A model generated the notes under the pieces. The model searched no databases and was not told the origin of the DNA. It worked only from the letters and a program-made list of their open reading frames with translations. A program made the position numbers and the translations under genes. From positions 3,105,303-3,169,302 of the forward strand of contig CAJINV010000008.1 in NCBI GenBank assembly GCA_905178155.1: a stretch of 64,000 nt of DNA, given 5' to 3'. The DNA comes from Amoebophrya sp. A120 (Eukaryota > Protista > Dinoflagellata). Shown piece after piece: positions 58,068 through 64,000 of the stretch (within the stretch, counting starts at the first letter, position 1; each line of letters begins with the position of its first letter).

Positions 58068-61000
58068 TCATTATGACCGAGAATGTAGTTTTTCGGTCCA
58101 GCGATAATTTCTGGTCATAACGAGCTAGCACATGTCAAACGAAGTGATCGCTTCTTTCAAAAGCCGATCACTTCGCCTCAAATAGCCGAGCACTTCCACT
58201 TGCCTCACTTCGAAAGCGCATGCCTCTGTAAACCAAAGCTAGCGGCGACTTCTGTATCTATTAAGCCACAAACCCGAGCAATTAGCTTTAGTCTACGGCA
58301 GAACCGCTCCTATCTTCCTAGGAGGTGCGAAGATAAAGCTGAACAGGGGCAGCGTGGCCCTTGGCTCCTGACTCGCGCCATTGTGGTACCTATGCAGCTG
58401 CGTGCCCCATTGCTCGGCAGGCGTCAAAGGCGCGGCGAAAGTGCAGCAGGGCGCGTGGTCTTTGGCATAGAGGGGGCCGAAGCAGTGCGCGTAGATTCTA
58501 AGTTCTACTTAGACCTGTGAAGCCGATGAAAATCGCCAGAAAGTGCAAAAGCCAGACACTGGCCCGGCCCCGAATCTAGACTTTTGGCTTTCTCTGAGTG
58601 ATTTCTTGCCGTTGAACTTGTAGAGCCCGCATGGGTCTTGTGTCCATCCCTGGCGCAAATCATTGCAGACGCGCTAGCGACTTGCTGAGCAACACGCCGA
58701 GAGCCAGACGGCTCGGGGGAGCGCTCTAAATCGGGGCCCCGCGCCGCATCGGCCGGCAGCTTCTGGCGGCCTTTCGCGCAGGCGAAGGCCGCAGCGGCGG
58801 CGTATGTGCTGCATGCTGGTAAAGGAAGCTTTTCATGCTAGGGGAATGCGCTGGCTGGTGTCTTAGGTCCGCAGCTTTTTCATACTAGGGGACGGGAAGT
58901 CGGACGACCTCCGGCCACAGACAGAACGCTAGCCACAGCTAAAAAGTTCGGTCGGATGTGGCTCGTGGTAGAAAAAACAAACACCCCCGACCGCCCCCCC
59001 GTCGTGTGCTAGCCTTTGCACAAAAACACAGTCACGCGCGCGCCATTGAGCAGATGCGACGCGTCTGCCAAGAAAGACGTCGAACAGCACGCCCCCTGTC
59101 GCGTCGCTTCCCCGCCTTTTTTGCTGCGATGGATGGCAAAAATGTGCGCAACACCCCAGGCGGCAGCGCCCCGCCCTACCTGCTTAGCCCAATACCCGCG
59201 AAAGCCTGCGGCGATTGATTCAAAGAAAAAAATCGCGCCGCCATTGGGCCCGGCCGTCCGCCTTAAGTTCTGCATAGGCCCGGCGCCGCCACTCGTTCTT
59301 GCGCAGCGGTGCGCCCGTGCGTGGTGCTTCCCGTGGAGATTTTGTTTCGTGTTCCGGGAGTATGGCCCCGCCATTGGGGCGCTTCGAAACGATTCAAAGT
59401 CCGAAACCCGGGCCGTTTCCTGGGGAGCATCGGGGCTTCATATTGTGTGGCGTCGGCGGGCCTGTATGGCCTGGCTCGTCTTTGGTTTGGTCCTTTGTCT
59501 GTCGTGATTTGGCTCGGGGAGCTTGTTTGTCTTGCGAAGAAGCTTGCTGTGATCGATCAGCAGGAGGAGGCTGCTAGGAGGCAGCTCCCCGCTCCGCGAT
59601 TTTGTTGCGCAGGTTTGGGCACGATATTCGTGGAGGGCCCGAATTTTGTGTCGATATTTGGTCGGCTTTGGGTTCCGTGTTTGCAAGATGCGGAAGGGGA
59701 GCATGAAAATCCTTCTAAGCATGGACTTCGTGCTCCCTTTCCGGCTTGTACTTATCTTCTAAACCCTGAGGCCGAAGTCCAAAAGTGAGGACGTCGCGCC
59801 TGATCTCGCACCCCCGCAAAGTTAGAAGCCCCGCGGGGGATCTCTGGGTCGTGCGATAGCCTCCAGACCCGGATCAGAATCAGAAGAAAGCTGCAAAAAA
59901 CTTGCAAAAGGCGGGAAACTAGTAGTGGACATTTTAGAAGCGCGGTCTTCGGCGGGTAAATTGAATCGAGAGGCATTTTGGAAGAAAAATCAGGCGGGAA
60001 ACTAAAAGAGGTCGCCACTCAGAGGACGGAGGTAGGGGTCGCGTGTAGAAGAATGGCCCAGGGCCATGCGTGGTAGGAGTTTGGGGACTGGTTCTCCGAC
60101 CTTGTGGCCCCGAGGGTCGGTGGGGACCGGGCGTGACGAGTTTGCGGCGATCGGGTGAGCAAAGTGTATTGGGAGCCGCCTTGCAGGTGCGTGGCACCGC
60201 CCGCGGGGATTATTGCAAAATGCTGAAAAGCGGAGGGCCAAACGCCATCGCCCGGGCCCAGGTGTTTCGCTTTTTTTCCTTCTTTGGGACTGGGCGCGGT
60301 GGTAGTTGTGTTTCTCCGGGTTAGGGAACCGGCAGAAGCCATATCACCGGGAAAATTCCACCACGACATGGGGAACGCCGGGCAGCGTGGGCGCCTCTCG
60401 CCTGAAAAACCAAATAAGCGCAGCGAGACGCTGCGCCCCTTCCTTTAAAAAAAGAACCGAAATCCCCGCCGGGGCTTCAGATTTAGCAACAAAGCGCGCC
60501 CCCCCTGCCGTAGCGAATCAAGCCGGTAGCTTTGCTCATTTTCTGCGAACTTTCCAAATGTCGCCGCTGCGATATAAAAGCCAGGCTGTATCTGCAAAGC
60601 CTCGCGGCGTTTTCTGGGCCATGGCCGAAGAGCTTCGCTGAGTGAAGGCTTTGCGGCTAGATTCCAAAAACCTGCGGCGCTTGCGCCTCAGGATATTGCC
60701 GAGCGATGGCCGCCCCTTTTGTAAGGAGCGGCGCAGGCTTTTGGCTTTTGGCTGCCTTGGAGCGAGTCACACCAAGAAAATGACACGCGGCCACTTTTGT
60801 AGGGGCAGGCCAGGGCATCCGCATCACTTTGGCCTTCCTCTGCGCCGTGGGTGGCCAAATCAAGGAAACGGCGCGCGGCCTCTTTTGGAGGGAGAAAGTG
60901 GCCGGGCGGGCTTCCTCCGGGGGGCCGCCCGTGGTCAATTCCGACAAAAAGCGCCTTTGTTGGTGAAGACGGAGCGACCATCTGAGCTTCCCCGCCCGTG

Positions 61001-62366
61001 GTCTCGTCTAGCTTCGAGAAACAAAGAGCGGCGCCTTTTTGTGCGCCCCCAGCAACTTGCGCAGCTTCCCCCGGGCCGTGAAGTGGCGTAGAGGAACGCC
61101 CTGCGCGCCCGCCGCCCCTCTGCTTGATTGCTGCGCTTGCCTCCTCGCGCTGCTCTTGTTCTGTTGAGCCGCACGACCCAGCCGCGTGCCCATATTGAAA
61201 CCACGCCGCGGCGCCAAAGCCGCGCCGTATCCCCGGGCCGCGCCGCCACCAGCCCCGCCGCCGCGCGGGCGTTGTGCCCTGCCCCACTCCTAAGCCCCGC
61301 CGCCATTAGCCCCGCCGCTGCGCGAGCGCCGTTCCCTACGCACCCCGCTCCCCAAGCGCGCCGCCATCACCCGCGCCGCTGTCCTGTGCGAACGCCGTGC
61401 CCTGCCCTGCGCCTAATCCACGGCGCCACCAGCCCGCCCGCCCTCGGCCCCTCCCGCGCGCGTGTTGCGCGCGCGCACTTGATCGATGAAGCACTGCACC
61501 TCCCGCCATTGGCGGAAAGCGGTTCGCTGGCCCAAAGATTTGCTTGCTATTTAGTATGAGTTACCATATTAGTGGAGCCCGCTAGCATTCGAATGCGTGG
61601 CGCCGGTTTTTTTCCAGCGGGCCGGCGCTTTCGAGACCGTGGGATGGAGGGCGGTGGCAACAAAAAACCGGACGAGGCCGCATACAGCTTCGACCTCGTC
61701 CCCCATGACAAAAATCGTCGGTCATGTGATAACGATCAAAGAACACCGCACAAGCGAACAAAAACCACCGCCGCCGTGTCCCTGGCGGGCCCGGAGTTGT
61801 TATTATATGCATCAGCTTACGGCAAAAGCGCGGGCCTCGTGTCGTTGGTCGAAAATGATTCCAATTGGTGACAGACCGCCTCACTTCTGGGCGCTTAGTT
61901 TCATGCTTGTCAGCTTTTCTATTTTTGCACCTTGTTCGTTCATATGATGACTATGGCAGTCGAGTGCTGGGAGGTGGTGTAAAGAGTGAATCACAGCGGC
62001 ACGCTGCGATTGGCCGGTCTGTTGTGACCGCAAAGGGTCTCGCTTTCGTGTTGTCGAAAGGGATGCACTCCGCCCGTGTTTGGCGTTGTCTCAGGCAATG
62101 AAAGCGACGCGGCCTGTCTTGTCCGAGGCGACTCCTGTTGTTTGGCTTCCGCCCGGCATGGGGCACCCAGGGCGGACTGTTCTGCGTTGTGTCTTTGCGC
62201 GTTTTTTTGCTAATCGTGATGCCATGAAATTGCGGCGCCCGTGTTTGCGCCCCCCTCGCCGTCGTCGGGGACGCGCCGCGGCGCGTCTCGCGTGCGGCCT
62301 TGCCTCCTTCTGCTCGCCTGAGCTGTCTCGGCTTCCTTGCCTATCGCCCTTGCCTTGCGTTGCCCT

Positions 62367-62516
62367 GCCCTTGGCCTGGTTGCCCTGGCTTGGTTGCCCT
62401 TGGCTTGGTTGCCCTTGGCTTGGTTGCCCTTGGCTGGGCTGCCTTTGGCTTGGTTTCCCTTGGCTTGGTTTCCCTTGGCTTGGTTGCCCTTGGCTTGGTT
62501 GCCCTTGGCCTGGTTG
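62367..62516. repeat. 15-bp tandem repeat (GCCCTTGGCTTGGTT) ~10 copies
   Basis: Directly visible; the minus strand reads (QGQPS)n within ORF 62091-62531. Confidence 0.92.
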
Positions 62517-64000
62517 CTGGTGCTCATGCATCAGCCCGTCAGCTGTGCCATGCGTATCTATAACCAGGAAGGCTGCGAGTTTGTGTCCCGCCTGTGGTTG
62601 TCTTGGTGCCCGACGTAACGAACTACGAGGCTAAGTCGTGCAGTGTCCGCATAATCTCCGTGGTGTGTCGTGATGGTGGGGCCAGCTGGCTGCTGTAGCA
62701 GTCTAGAGCGGACAGATCAGCTACGACGCCCTTTAGTCAGCGGGGGAAAGAATGCGCAGCGGAAGCAATCACGGCAATGAAAGCCGTCCATTGCCGGGGA
62801 CGATGACCATGAGCGCTTTCATTTTCACACCGCGGAAGCGGATAGGCAGAGTAATTAGAAGCTGGCGCCAGAAATTGGGGAGCGCAGCCGGTCCGGTACT
62901 CTCGAAGGCGCTCGGGTTTGATACACCCGAACGCAGACAGGCTTGCTACCCGGCCTCAGGCCTCGGCGGGTCTGTCGCTCAGCGTCAGGCGGCCGGCCCC
63001 TGGCAAACTCGGGCAATTATATTCAAGGCAAAAAAGCAAGAATGCAGAAGCTGGGGCGGGCTGGGTTTTGTCGGTTTTGCGGCCTGTCAGGTTAGGGGTC
63101 GGTCCCGTTTTTCCGATTTCGCGCGAACGGCGCGCGGCGCCGAGGAAGGGGGGCGCGTGGCTCTGCCATCATTTTCATTTATTGGCCCTTTGGTTTCTGG
63201 GTGTTTTGTTTGGTCTTTTCCCAAGCGCAGTCACTCACGCCATGCGCCTTCTGTCCTTCCAATTCCGGGTCTCTTTTGGCCGGGCTTCGCCTCGGGTTGC
63301 AGCTCGGCAGAGGTTCTTAGACCGGGCGGCTGGGTTTCGCCGTGTGTGATTGTCAGGGCGGGGGCGACTTGTCGTGCTAGTGGGCTTGGTGCCTGTATAG
63401 GGATCGCCCCCGCCTGCCCAAGCGCCGGCACTTTCCCAGGGTTGCTTCGGAAGGCCGCCGGCGTTTGTTGTGGGTCGACAGGGGGCGGAGGTTGTTGTCT
63501 GGGGTTGCTTGAGAGTTGTGAAGAATGCCCAAAACAAAGCGGCAGCGGCCTTGGAATCCAGCATACCCTCGGGAATGCGTTCGCGCAACCTCTTCAGATG
63601 CTGCATCTAAAGCACTCCAATCACAGTGGGACTACACCGCTTGTCATACAAGTGCTGTCTCGCCAATCGCGGCGGCGCTGCGATTTTCTTTACCTCGCCC
63701 CAGTCTGTCAATCTCCTGGATGCCAATCAGAAAACGGCTCTGGGACAACTCATAGAGCCTATGCGGACCATCTTTCCCACTCACGCGAAGAGCCTCGGCC
63801 AAGCGCTCAGTACGATCCTCGTCGGTGCGATCAAGGACCAGGTGTTCGTGGTGTTCAAAATTGCTACAGCAGAGTTGGAGTCTGTTCCAGGCCTTAGTGT
63901 TCTGCTCGAACTCGCGACGCCAGTGCTCCACCAGTTCAGCGGCATCATCGCCAGCTCGCTCCTCTCGTATTTAGTAACAATCGGTGGTGAGTTGATGCTA

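Noticed and set aside
46900-63900. Many long ORFs (e.g. 52764-53765, 54412-55458, 62752-63897)
   Set aside because: They are R/A/G/P-rich, overlap on both strands, and are expected by chance in GC-rich DNA; no motifs recognised.

Overview
This is eukaryotic genomic DNA. The intron style matches what I recall for the parasitic syndinian dinoflagellate Amoebophrya, but the taxon is an inference. Bases 1-41.2 kb hold two plus-strand genes riddled with about 48 non-canonical, transposon-like introns (introner elements). Each element is 146-751 bp, typically begins TAT and ends ATA (some ends are mutated), has terminal inverted repeats (TIRs), and is flanked by a 5-bp direct repeat (DR/TSD). Removing the element plus one DR copy restores the reading frame at essentially every junction. 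Gene 1 (<3 to ~30526) reassembles into an unrecognised, low-complexity ORF of roughly 6,900 codons. Gene 2 (32600-41178) is a complete IFT70/TTC30/DYF-1 orthologue: 16 exons, 658 aa, with 14 of 15 introns being introners. The elements fall into at least five TIR families plus singletons, including a 751-bp whole-length hairpin, and share an internal TTGT(G/C/A)ATGC motif. Bases 41.2-64 kb are GC-rich and degenerate, with palindromic arrays, decayed ORF islands and a 15-bp tandem repeat; I saw no introners and no transposase there. All coordinates were counted by hand.
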